Shown: positions 1-7,629 of the stretch, in pieces
How the letters are laid out: each line of letters opens with the position of its first letter
How positions within the stretch are numbered: position 1 is the stretch's first letter
Source: a virus
Taxonomy: Duplodnaviria > Caudoviricetes
DNA length: 54,354 nt
Direction: 5' to 3' (one strand)
IMG/VR virus record: IMGVR_UViG_3300045240_000043
Location: 1-54,354 of that record
The notes under the pieces: generated by a model
Seen by the model: the letters and a program-made list of their open reading frames with translations, nothing else
What the model was told of the DNA's origin: nothing
The model's database searches: none
Translations under genes and position numbers: made by a program

Positions 1-127
1 TCTACGCCGCCGTGGCCATGCTGTACAACGCGCACTACCACCACGGGATCATCAACCCGTCGATTATCGTGGCCGCTGTCGGCGCCGTCGCGTCGCTGCT
101 GGCCCGCACCGTGGTCACCCCGACCGC
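1..127. repeat. Terminal direct repeat (identical to 54228-54354), probably an assembly overlap
   Basis: Exact match TCTACGCC...CCGACCGC at both ends; an ORF runs in frame across the junction. Confidence 0.93.
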
Positions 128-215
128 TGACCCGAAGAACGGCGCCGGGGTGCCGCTCGTGCCCGCACCCGCGCCCGTGCCGCCGCTTGACCACCCGCCC
201 GCCGGGAACCTCTAG
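1..215 (+). CDS. Holin-like membrane protein, 3' part (starts at GTG 54167 across the junction)
   Basis: Joined ORF MKRALSPSLNAPGFMAAAGAVYAAVAML...SIIVAAVGAVASLLARTVVTP has two hydrophobic segments and an R-x-x-VTP motif typical of actinophage holins. Confidence 0.65.
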   Translation, partial: YAAVAMLYNAHYHHGIINPSIIVAAVGAVASLLARTVVTPTADPKNGAGVPLVPAPAPVPPLDHPPAGNL

Positions 216-220
216 GCAGC

Positions 221-271
221 GGAGAGCCCCGGCCGTCGTCTTTTCAAAGGAGCGTCGGGCCGGGGCTCTCC
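221..271 (+). terminator. 14-bp inverted repeat hairpin after the holin
   Basis: GGAGAGCCCCGGCC (221-234) pairs with GGCCGGGGCTCTCC (258-271); no clear U tract follows. Confidence 0.55.
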
Positions 272-326
272 TGCATGGTAAGGGCTGCGCTGCCAATCTA
301 GCCGACTTCCCCTGAAAGGACCCCGC

Positions 327-632
327 ATGACAGCCACCGCACCGATCGTCAACTCGATCAGCTTCGACCAGGCCGTCTACGCGCCCGGCGCGCTCATCAC
401 CGCGACCGCGAACATCACCCCCGGCGCGCAGACCCCCATCCTCGGCACCCCCCTCACCGTCACCGCCACCGACCCGGTGACCGGCCTCGTGGGGACGCTG
501 ACGGCCATGTTCTCCGTCGCGTCCGGGCCGGCGTCCGACGTGACGGTGCCCGCGGCGAGTGACCCGTCCCCGCGTAAGTGGACGCTGGTGTCGTGGCTGG
601 CGCCGCTCGCCGTGTTCACCGCCACCGCATGA
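327..632 (+). CDS. Small beta-rich hypothetical protein
   Basis: AAGGA RBS, good codon usage, ATGA overlap with the next gene. Confidence 0.7.
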   Translation: MTATAPIVNSISFDQAVYAPGALITATANITPGAQTPILGTPLTVTATDPVTGLVGTLTAMFSVASGPASDVTVPAASDPSPRKWTLVSWLAPLAVFTATA

Positions 633-1498
633 GCACCCTGCTGACGGTCACGGCCACCGACCCCGCAACCGGGCTCACCGGCACCCTGTCGGCACCCTTC
701 ACCGTCCAGGCCCCCGCCGCGCCGCAGGCCGTGTTCGGCGCATCCCTCGGCCCCGTCCCCTCGAGCGACCCGTCCGTCGCCGCCTGGACCAAAACCGTCG
801 GCCGCCCCATGGCCGTCCGCCACTACTTCGCCAGCGGCACCCTCTGGCCCACCTACGCCGCCACCCCGTTCAGCAAGGAAGCCGGCGTCCGCAAAATCCT
901 CTGCGACTTCGAGCTCGCCGCCGACGGCACCGACAAGAACGCGTTCGACACGTTCCTCGGCTCCTGCGCGCAGGCCGGGCTTGCCATGGACATCACCATC
1001 TACCACGCCGCCCCCAGCAAAGCCGGATGGACGCAGCCGTCCCAGTACTGGAAGGCGCTCGCGCCCTACGTGCCGCTCGTCACCAAGCACGGGTACCGGC
1101 ACGTCTACGACCTCAACTCCTACCAGGACGTCCACGACGGCTTGCTGGCCGCGTGGTGGCCCGGTGACGCCGTGCACGTCGACGCCATCGGCATCGAGTA
1201 CTACTCGCAGGGGTACATCGCCGGGCAGCGCATGGACGCCTCCGCCGCGTTCGCCGACTCCAAGGGCGTCGCGTTCGGGCTCACCGAGTTCGGCATGAAC
1301 TGCACCGAGGCGCAGGGGCTGGCGATGATCGGCTACATCCGGGGCCTGTACGCGGCCAGGATCGCCGCCGGGAAGCCGTGCTACGACTGCGTGACGTGGA
1401 ACAACGTGGCCGGGAACTTCCAGCAGCCGGTAACGGCGCAGCCCGCGTCGTGGATCACCGGCTACCGGGGGCTAGCGGACCTCCTCGCCACGTCCTAG
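629..1498 (+). CDS. Glycoside hydrolase, clan GH-A (GH26-like TIM barrel)
   Basis: Motifs AVRHYF, WWPGD...VDAIGIEYY and FGLTEFG (nucleophile strand); start at the ATGA overlap. Confidence 0.65.
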   Translation: MSTLLTVTATDPATGLTGTLSAPFTVQAPAAPQAVFGASLGPVPSSDPSVAAWTKTVGRPMAVRHYFASGTLWPTYAATPFSKEAGVRKILCDFELAADGTDKNAFDTFLGSCAQAGLAMDITIYHAAPSKAGWTQPSQYWKALAPYVPLVTKHGYRHVYDLNSYQDVHDGLLAAWWPGDAVHVDAIGIEYYSQGYIAGQRMDASAAFADSKGVAFGLTEFGMNCTEAQGLAMIGYIRGLYAARIAAGKPCYDCVTWNNVAGNFQQPVTAQPASWITGYRGLADLLATS

Positions 1499-1662
1499 CC
1501 CCCGCTGACCGAATCCCGCCGTCCCCCGATGATCTGCGTCCCAGGCACCCCGGCCTTATACCCGTCCTCGACGAGTGCGCGCAGGTCATCAAGCGTGATG
1601 AACCGCTGCCCCTCGGGGAGCTGGATCTTCAGGATGACGTCATCCGGCCGGGGGTCGTCCAT
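1495..1662 (-). CDS. Small hypothetical protein
   Basis: MDDPRPDDVILKIQLPEG...; GGGAGG upstream. Confidence 0.5.
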   Translation of the reverse strand: MDDPRPDDVILKIQLPEGQRFITLDDLRALVEDGYKAGVPGTQIIGGRRDSVSGG

Positions 1663-1776
1663 TTCCGCACCGTACCTCCCATCAGCTTCCCTGCCACGCG
1701 GGGTGACAGGGAACGAGACCGGCCGCATCAGGGAAACAACCTGGTGCGGCCGGTTTCCGCATGCACTGAGCGGGGG

Positions 1777-1873
1777 ATGGCCGGACGGGACTCGAACCCG
1801 CCCCACGGCCACGGCCGTGGATCTTACTGGCCCCTGCGGAGCTGTAAGTGCTCTGCCGCTAAGCTACCGGCCA
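1777..1873 (-). ncRNA. tRNA-like cloverleaf with an expanded anticodon arm and long variable arm
   Basis: Minus strand reads TGGCCGG TA GCTT-AGCGGCA-GAGC A CTTAC-(16 nt)-GTAAG (21-nt variable arm) GCGGG-TTCGAGT-CCCGT CCGGCCA T. Confidence 0.7.
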
Positions 1874-1996
1874 TCCTTCCGGTCAGTATCGCCGCTTCCT
1901 ACCTGGCGCCGTGCATCGGATGCAGGAACCGGAACAACCCCGGCTCGGTGCCCCCGCCGCTGATACTCGCGAGACTTCCACCCTGATTCATCACCA

Positions 1997-2212
1997 TCAC
2001 CCCCTCCCCTTGGTGATCTCGTAACCCCGCAGCGCCGACGTGACCGCAGGCGCGCGAACAGCCGTCACCTGGTGTACCCGGGTGGACGCCACCCGCAGGA
2101 CCGCAGGAGGCGGCTCAGGGACGCGCCGGTTCACGACCCGCACCGTGACCACCGCCGCCAGGACGCTCGCGCCGAGGACGACCCACGCCCACCCGTACAC
2201 GATCCCGATCAC
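1997..2212 (-). CDS. Small membrane protein
   Basis: One N-terminal hydrophobic helix; last gene of the leftward transfer-like module. Confidence 0.5.
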   Translation of the reverse strand: MIGIVYGWAWVVLGASVLAAVVTVRVVNRRVPEPPPAVLRVASTRVHQVTAVRAPAVTSALRGYEITKGRG

Positions 2213-2476
2213 GGTGCGTCACCACCAGCCGATGTGACAGATTGTGACATGTGACGGAACGTGGTGTCCGTTATGTCCTAGACTGTCCCACGCCAAACGG
2301 CCGCAGGGGACCGCCGCGAAGCGGCTCTTTTGGCAGGGCGGTCCCCTGCGTAGCGCGATCGCTGCCAAGATCATCCGTGCGTCACTCAAAGTGACCGCCG
2401 ACCTTGGCTAAGGCCAGTCGTCACGCTCCGTGCACGCCGCAGGAGTGACCCTGCGTAGTCAGCGACACGGCGTGAC
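2040..2476. repeat. Cluster of GTGAC/GTCAC pentamers (clt-like)
   Basis: 12 copies counted, at 2040, 2064, 2145, 2218, 2234, 2244, 2251, 2381, 2391, 2420, 2445 and 2472. Confidence 0.55.
2302..2350 (-). terminator. 14-bp inverted repeat hairpin
   Basis: CGCAGGGGACCGCC pairs with GGCGGTCCCCTGCG, downstream of the HNH gene. Confidence 0.5.
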
Positions 2477-2922
2477 CAGCGCGGCGAGGACGCCAGCGGC
2501 AGCGGCACGTTCCGCAGCTTGTCATCCCACTGCTGCTTCGGCGTCCCCCAGATCAGGTTGCCCTCGCCGCGGTCGCAGGCGTCCTCGCCGCCAGGAGCCC
2601 ACCTGTTGTCGTCGCTGACGTCGTTCCAGTGCCGCACCTGCGTCCCCGGCGGCTGCGCGTTCTCCGGCTCGTACGCGGCCGTCAGCGCGGGCATCATCAG
2701 CCCGTGGACCTCCCTCGTCCGGGGCGTTCCCTCGTCGTCGACGAGGTTCGTCTGCGGATAGCCGCGAGTAGAGAACCGCAGGGCCAGATCCTTCCCCGGC
2801 TGCCGCCGCCCGTTCGCCAGCCTCCGGTCAACCGAGCGCACCCGGCCACGGCTCGACACCTCGTAAGAGCTGAAGCCGGGGATCCTGGCCCATAGCTCCG
2901 TCTGCACGTCACTGTCAGTCAT
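2386..2922 (-). CDS. NUMOD4/HNH endonuclease-like protein
   Basis: WARIPGFSSYEVSSRGRVRS (NUMOD4) and VRHWNDVSDDN...NLIWGT; ATGA overlap with the FtsK gene stop. Confidence 0.8.
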   Translation of the reverse strand: MTDSDVQTELWARIPGFSSYEVSSRGRVRSVDRRLANGRRQPGKDLALRFSTRGYPQTNLVDDEGTPRTREVHGLMMPALTAAYEPENAQPPGTQVRHWNDVSDDNRWAPGGEDACDRGEGNLIWGTPKQQWDDKLRNVPLPLASSPRWSRRVADYAGSLLRRARSVTTGLSQGRRSL

Positions 2923-4685
2923 CGCAGTACCTTTACCTTCCCGTCTTGCCATGCCTTCAGCTCCAGCGCGTCGAACAGCCGCGCCGGGCCATCCCATCCG
3001 ACATGCTCAGGGAACCCGGCCCGCTGGCTCGCCTTGTTCGCCGCCGCCTTGCTCAGCCTGATGATGTCCAGCTCCCTGGCCTTGGCCAGCGTGACCGCCG
3101 TGGGCGGCAACTCAGGCGTCCCTGGGACAACCGGCTGCTCAGGGCCACCCTGGCCGATCTGCGGGCGCACCGGGACACCTGGGACAGCGACAGCGCCCGG
3201 CATCCCCGCCGGGCACGCCGTGAACGTGCCGTTCACCGCGAACTCACGCGCCCACGCCGCCGCCACGGCAGCCACGGCCTCGTCCTTGTCGTCCAGGTGC
3301 AGGTACGGCACCTGCGTCTCACGAGTCCCCGACGCCGTCACAACCTGTATGCGCCCAGGGACCGTCGGGACCGGCGGCATCGGCACGGACGTCATCTTGC
3401 TCCACGACGACGGCGTGTACCGGGCCATGCACGAGATCCCGATATTGCCGCGCACTGAGCTGTCGTTCGCGCCCGTCGCCGCCGCCGTGATCATCTGCCC
3501 GATGAAGAAGATATGCATCAGCACCTGCCGGCCAGCGAACGCGACGTCACCGATGGCGTCCAGCGCCGGGGACCGCTTCGGCAGCGTCTTGTCGATGGCC
3601 CGCATGTCCGCCCAGTAGCGTTTCAGCTGCGGGATCACGAAGTTCAGTTCCTCCGCGAACAGGATCATCCGTGGTCCGACGTCAGCGCGGATCGCGCCCG
3701 AGGGCTGCAGCCCGGCGAGCGCCACGCTGTTGCGGCGCTTCAGCTCAGTCCCGAACCACACCAGCAGGTCATGAACCTCCGGGATCATCCCCGCGTACGC
3801 CACGTTCGGCAGGCCCCGCAGGCACGGGTAGGAGATCAGCTTCGCGTCGATGACGCCCACCACGTCGCCACGGTGCAGGAACTGCAGCGCGCAGAACGAG
3901 CCCAGGTTCGTCTTGCCGCCGCCCGAGCCCATGTTGAACGCGACGTGGGGGCTGTCCGCGGCCAGCGATGCCTTCACCGGGACGCGTCCCTTCCCGAGCC
4001 CGAACACGACCTCATCGGGATCGGCATCGTCAACGATCCGGGCGACGTCATCCCAGACGGCGCCGCCAGGCGGCGGCTTGCTCTTCGTGTACGTGACCTG
4101 CGGCTTTGCGCCCTTGTCATGGTCCAGTGACCATTCCGCATCGGGTGCCTCGATCGCCAGCTTCGCCGTGACCGCCTGCGTGACCGACTGCCGGGCGCCC
4201 GGACTGCCGGTGAACTCGACGGGCAGGCCGACGATGACCTTGCTGCGGTCGGGCGCGATCACGAGCCGGGCGGGCGGGATGCCCATCTCGTAGGTGAGCG
4301 CCCGGTGCAGCGGCCGCACCCAGGTGCGGTGGTGCCGCCAGTCCCGGCCGCGGGCAATTGCCGCGGGCACGTGCAGCGCCGCGAACGCGAGCGTCCCGAC
4401 AGCGAGGACCGCGATGGTCTCCGTCCTGGCCACCAGCAGCCCTAGCGCCGTCAGCGCCACGCCGAGCGTGGCAACGGTGCGGAGCGCGGCCAGGTCCCGC
4501 TGCCGCCAGTGATGCCACCACAGCGCATACCCCGTCGGGTGCAGCACCTTCGTGGCCTTCCGGTTCCACGTCGCGTTCGTGCGGTACTTGCCATCAAGCG
4601 GCCGGCCACCGAACCAGCGGCGCAGCCGTGGCTGGCTGGCGATCACCAGCAGCACGGCGGCGGCGAGCAGGAACCGGAAGGTCAT
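2919..4685 (-). CDS. FtsK/SpoIIIE-family DNA translocase, TraB/TraSA-like
   Basis: N-terminal TM segments, SPHVAFNMGSGGGKT (Walker A), ILFAEELN (Walker B), GRQVLMHIFFIGQ, and a C-terminal winged-helix-like tail. Confidence 0.85.
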   Translation of the reverse strand: MTFRFLLAAAVLLVIASQPRLRRWFGGRPLDGKYRTNATWNRKATKVLHPTGYALWWHHWRQRDLAALRTVATLGVALTALGLLVARTETIAVLAVGTLAFAALHVPAAIARGRDWRHHRTWVRPLHRALTYEMGIPPARLVIAPDRSKVIVGLPVEFTGSPGARQSVTQAVTAKLAIEAPDAEWSLDHDKGAKPQVTYTKSKPPPGGAVWDDVARIVDDADPDEVVFGLGKGRVPVKASLAADSPHVAFNMGSGGGKTNLGSFCALQFLHRGDVVGVIDAKLISYPCLRGLPNVAYAGMIPEVHDLLVWFGTELKRRNSVALAGLQPSGAIRADVGPRMILFAEELNFVIPQLKRYWADMRAIDKTLPKRSPALDAIGDVAFAGRQVLMHIFFIGQMITAAATGANDSSVRGNIGISCMARYTPSSWSKMTSVPMPPVPTVPGRIQVVTASGTRETQVPYLHLDDKDEAVAAVAAAWAREFAVNGTFTACPAGMPGAVAVPGVPVRPQIGQGGPEQPVVPGTPELPPTAVTLAKARELDIIRLSKAAANKASQRAGFPEHVGWDGPARLFDALELKAWQDGKVKVLR

Positions 4686-4695
4686 CGACGTCCTC

Positions 4696-4788
4696 TCACT
4701 TCTTCTTCCTTGATAGCTGGCAGTTGCTGTTGGTGCAGATGCCGTATCGCACCGCTGAGCCGCAGTGACTGCAAGTGGTTGTCGCCAT
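4696..4788 (-). CDS. 30-aa Cys-rich mini-protein
   Basis: MATTTCSHCGSAVRYGICTNSNCQLSRKKK; GGAGG RBS; fills the gap between two operon genes. Confidence 0.6.
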   Translation of the reverse strand: MATTTCSHCGSAVRYGICTNSNCQLSRKKK

Positions 4789-4793
4789 GATGG

Positions 4794-5393
4794 TCACCTC
4801 CCTCCGCTTCCGTTGAGACTGGTCACCCTGGCGACCCGCTTGGCCACCGTGGTCTTCGACACGCCGTACACGGCCGCGATCTCACGCTGAGACAGGTGCC
4901 CGGGCACCCGGCCGGCCGCGTCGGTGACCGCCTCGTCCAGGGTGGCCGGGAAGGTGACCGCGCCGCTGTCAGCCGGGGAGGGAAAGCTAGCGGCGCGGTC
5001 ACGTCTCAGGATGCCCATCAGGATCTCCAGGGCAACCCACATGGTCACCGGGGCCAGCGCGTTGACCAGCGCGGACCCCCGGTGGTCAGGCCACCCCGCC
5101 GCGACGTTCATCACCAGCGTGATCAGGCAGCCCAGCATGAGACCAGCCACCGCCCACCGGGGTCGCGGCACCTTCGCGGTAGCCGCTTCATACAGCGCGA
5201 GCGCGGACAGGTAGATGAGGCCGTCGGGCAGCAGCGGGGGCAGGTACGCCCACCCGCCGCCCGTGCCGGACGCGCGGACCACCTGCAGCGCGTGCCGGTA
5301 GGACATGATCGCGGCGGCGATGCCGATGGCGGCGGTGACGGTGACCGCCCTGCGCCGCACCCGGTCACCCCGGTCCCTGCTGGTCCTCTTCAC
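4794..5393 (-). CDS. DUF2637/Spd-like membrane protein with a C-terminal HTH
   Basis: SYRH...AYLPPLLPDGLI...TLVMNVA with several TM segments; C-terminal SQREIAAVYGVSKTTV. Confidence 0.75.
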   Translation of the reverse strand: MKRTSRDRGDRVRRRAVTVTAAIGIAAAIMSYRHALQVVRASGTGGGWAYLPPLLPDGLIYLSALALYEAATAKVPRPRWAVAGLMLGCLITLVMNVAAGWPDHRGSALVNALAPVTMWVALEILMGILRRDRAASFPSPADSGAVTFPATLDEAVTDAAGRVPGHLSQREIAAVYGVSKTTVAKRVARVTSLNGSGGR

Positions 5394-5463
5394 GCCAACA
5401 GAATATGTGGCTTGGCGTGGCGTGGCTAGCACTTGACTATGGTGAGTCGTTACGGTAAGCCCC
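5394..5463. promoter_or_regulatory. Divergent promoter/operator between the spd-tra operon and the GntR gene
   Basis: Minus-strand TATTCT lies 6 nt before GTG 5393 (leaderless); tandem GCCAC repeats; TTGACT on the plus strand. Confidence 0.45.
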
Positions 5464-5694
5464 GTGCCCATCGACCCATCCTCGCCCGAGTGGCCGCGCG
5501 TCCAGGTGGCCAACCGGATCCGCCAGCAGATCCAGGCCGGGCAGCTCGGGCCGAAGCTGCCGTCGCACATGGAGCTGGCGCAGCAGATGGGCGTCGCGCC
5601 GATGACGGTCCAGAAGGCGCTGGCGATCCTGCGCGAAGAGGGACTGGTCTACTCGGTGGCGGGTCGCGGGACTTTCGTCACGCCCGCTGGCTAG
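5464..5694 (+). CDS. GntR-family winged-helix regulator (Kor-like)
   Basis: QVANRIRQQI...KLPSHMELAQQMGVAPMTVQKALAILREEGLVYSVAGRGTFV. Confidence 0.92.
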   Translation: MPIDPSSPEWPRVQVANRIRQQIQAGQLGPKLPSHMELAQQMGVAPMTVQKALAILREEGLVYSVAGRGTFVTPAG

Positions 5695-5703
5695 GCTGCG
5701 GTT

Positions 5704-5826
5704 ATGGACTCGAAGATCCCCGACCTGCGCGACGTGCCGCTCGACGAGATCCCGTCGCTTGACGTGCTGCGCACCTGGCTCCAGCTTCGGCCCGTGCCGG
5801 TCGCCGCATTCACGTCCTCGATCTGA
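5704..5826 (+). CDS. FxSxx-COOH family RiPP precursor-like peptide (40 aa)
   Basis: MDSKIPDLRDVPLDEIPSLDVLRTWLQLRPVPVAAFTSSI*: PDLxxxPLxE leader and C-terminal VAAF-T-S-SI. Confidence 0.75.
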   Translation: MDSKIPDLRDVPLDEIPSLDVLRTWLQLRPVPVAAFTSSI

Positions 5827-5973
5827 GCCATGGCCAGGGGCTGGCCGTTCACCACTCGACGTGCCAGTGCCGGAACTTCCCCCGCCGCGTTTTCCAGTAC
5901 CAGCAGAGCTTGTGCTGGTGATACCACCAGGTGCCAGTCGCAGGGTTGCGCCCTTGCAGCCGGATCACTGGCA

Positions 5974-6597
5974 TCACAGCCCCTCCGGGTGCTGGTCGCC
6001 GTCGTCGCGTCCCCATTTGCTGGCCAGCATCGCGTCGATCGCCGACCGCGGGTTCAGGTGCTGGATGTAACGGTCGGTCGTTCCCACGTTCGAGTGGCCC
6101 AGGAACACGGAGATCATGTGCGTCGGCACACCCTCGTTCGCCGCCTCGTACGCCCGGCTATGGCGGAGGCCGTGGCAGTGGACGCGTTTCTCCAGCTTCG
6201 CCTTGGCGCCGAGGTCGGTCATCATCCACCGCACGTACCGCGACGACAGCGGGCGCCCGGCGAGGGTGCAGAACAGCGGCGCCGACCGGGGCAGCCCCTT
6301 CGCCTCCCGGGCCGCCAGCCACACCTCCAGCACCGCCCACGCGCGGGGCTCGATCCCGACGGTGCGGGCCTTGCGGCCCTTGCCGAACATGACGCGCACG
6401 GACCCGTCGGCGCGGTCCAGGTCGTGGATCCTGAGGTGGAGGGCTTCCTCGCAGCGCAGCGCCCCGCGCCACAGGACGACGATGAGCGCCCGGTTGCGTT
6501 TCCCGGTGGGGGACGTGGGGGAGCAGGCCGCCATCAGCGCCTCGACCTCGCCGGTGGTGAGCGCCTGCGGGTGGAACTTGAGCCCGGCGTTACTCAC
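5974..6597 (-). CDS. Tyrosine recombinase, catalytic domain only (207 aa)
   Basis: RNRALI...GALRCEE (R), GKG (K), HGLRH, LGHSN, TDRY (Y); GTG start overlaps the upstream stop (GTGA). Confidence 0.92.
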   Translation of the reverse strand: MSNAGLKFHPQALTTGEVEALMAACSPTSPTGKRNRALIVVLWRGALRCEEALHLRIHDLDRADGSVRVMFGKGRKARTVGIEPRAWAVLEVWLAAREAKGLPRSAPLFCTLAGRPLSSRYVRWMMTDLGAKAKLEKRVHCHGLRHSRAYEAANEGVPTHMISVFLGHSNVGTTDRYIQHLNPRSAIDAMLASKWGRDDGDQHPEGL

Positions 6598-6947
6598 AGC
6601 AGCGTTCCCTGCGCGGCGGGAACGCGCGGCCCGCGACGCATACCGGCGTCGCTGCGCTTGGTCCGCGGTTCGTAGGTGAGGCACACTGGCCACGGGTTGC
6701 CGTCGCTGAACTCCTCTGCGCAGTGCGGCGGGTAGGGCGAAGCGTCAGGTGACCATTCGGGCATGTCGGCGTTGTACGGGTCGCAGATGGCGCGGGAGAC
6801 CAGCTCGCAGCCGTACCCGCCGCCGTTGCCCTCGCGGCGCTCGCGGGCGCTCTCGTGCCTGCATCCGGCGCACATGGCGTCCAGCCACTCAGACAGGTGC
6901 ACGCCGCCGTCGCTGTTGCCGCCGAACAGGTCCGTAGCGGTGGCCAT
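6594..6947 (-). CDS. Cys-containing hypothetical protein (array gene after site R1)
   Basis: CAGC and other Cys residues; ends QGTLL; RBS supplied by repeat R1. Confidence 0.7.
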   Translation of the reverse strand: MATATDLFGGNSDGGVHLSEWLDAMCAGCRHESARERREGNGGGYGCELVSRAICDPYNADMPEWSPDASPYPPHCAEEFSDGNPWPVCLTYEPRTKRSDAGMRRGPRVPAAQGTLL

Positions 6948-6950
6948 CAC

Positions 6951-7244
6951 TCAGTCCTGCCGCTTCTCACAGTTAGCGGTACTCATAGCGGAAATCTCCC
7001 GTTCCCAGCGCTCATATTCAGCCGGGATCAGGTACTGGTCGGGCTGGGGCGGCAGGTGACAGCCCTCCCCGTCAAAGCCGTGGCAGCGCCACCAGCCATC
7101 TTTACCCAGGCGCATATCACCGTGCTGGATGCAGCCGGGATGGCAACCATGCCCGATGAGCGGATGCCCGGTGATCCCGCAGGGCGGGGGCGCCCCAGGG
7201 CCGTCCCAGTAGGTGACAGTCACGCGCCCGGTGCCTGACCTCAT
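6951..7244 (-). CDS. Hypothetical Cys/His-rich protein (array gene)
   Basis: Starts just after R2 and ends just past R1 (...STANCEKRQD). Confidence 0.7.
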   Translation of the reverse strand: MRSGTGRVTVTYWDGPGAPPPCGITGHPLIGHGCHPGCIQHGDMRLGKDGWWRCHGFDGEGCHLPPQPDQYLIPAEYERWEREISAMSTANCEKRQD

Positions 7245-7278
7245 GGCGTCTCCTGCCGCTTCGCAAGGGTAGCGGTAC

Positions 7279-7590
7279 TCACAGGTCGTACCAGTACTTG
7301 AGGTCTCCCTCGCTGGAAGCGGTCAGGCTGTCATAGTCGCTGCTGTGACATAGCCACTCGCCCGGCTTTACCTGGGTGTACCGGGTGCGCGATGGGTGAT
7401 CGTCAGGAACGTCAGTCCAGGCGGCGACCAGTACGGTGCCGGACGGCAGCGGGCATTCGGCCGCCTCGCCCTGATAAGCCATCCCGGCGACCTTCCGCAC
7501 CTCATCCAGTGATTCACCGTGAAGGTACTGGGCGCCAGTCAGCGTGCTCGTATCCTGCCGGGGCTTAGGCCGGTACTTCCTGATCGTCAC
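7279..7590 (-). CDS. Hypothetical protein (array gene)
   Basis: Lies between R3 and R2; RKYRPKP...VKPGEWL pattern common in small phage proteins. Confidence 0.75.
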   Translation of the reverse strand: MTIRKYRPKPRQDTSTLTGAQYLHGESLDEVRKVAGMAYQGEAAECPLPSGTVLVAAWTDVPDDHPSRTRYTQVKPGEWLCHSSDYDSLTASSEGDLKYWYDL

Positions 7591-7629
7591 GACTCAGCCC
7601 TCCTCTTTCCGTTTCGGGGGTAGCGGTAC

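Noticed and set aside
1777-1873. Functional decoding tRNA
   Set aside because: No 7-nt anticodon loop can be assigned, so it is reported as tRNA-like only.
6933-6941. Extra half-site ACCGCTAC at the start of gene 6594-6947
   Set aside because: It has no partner arm at the right distance, so it was not counted as a ninth site.
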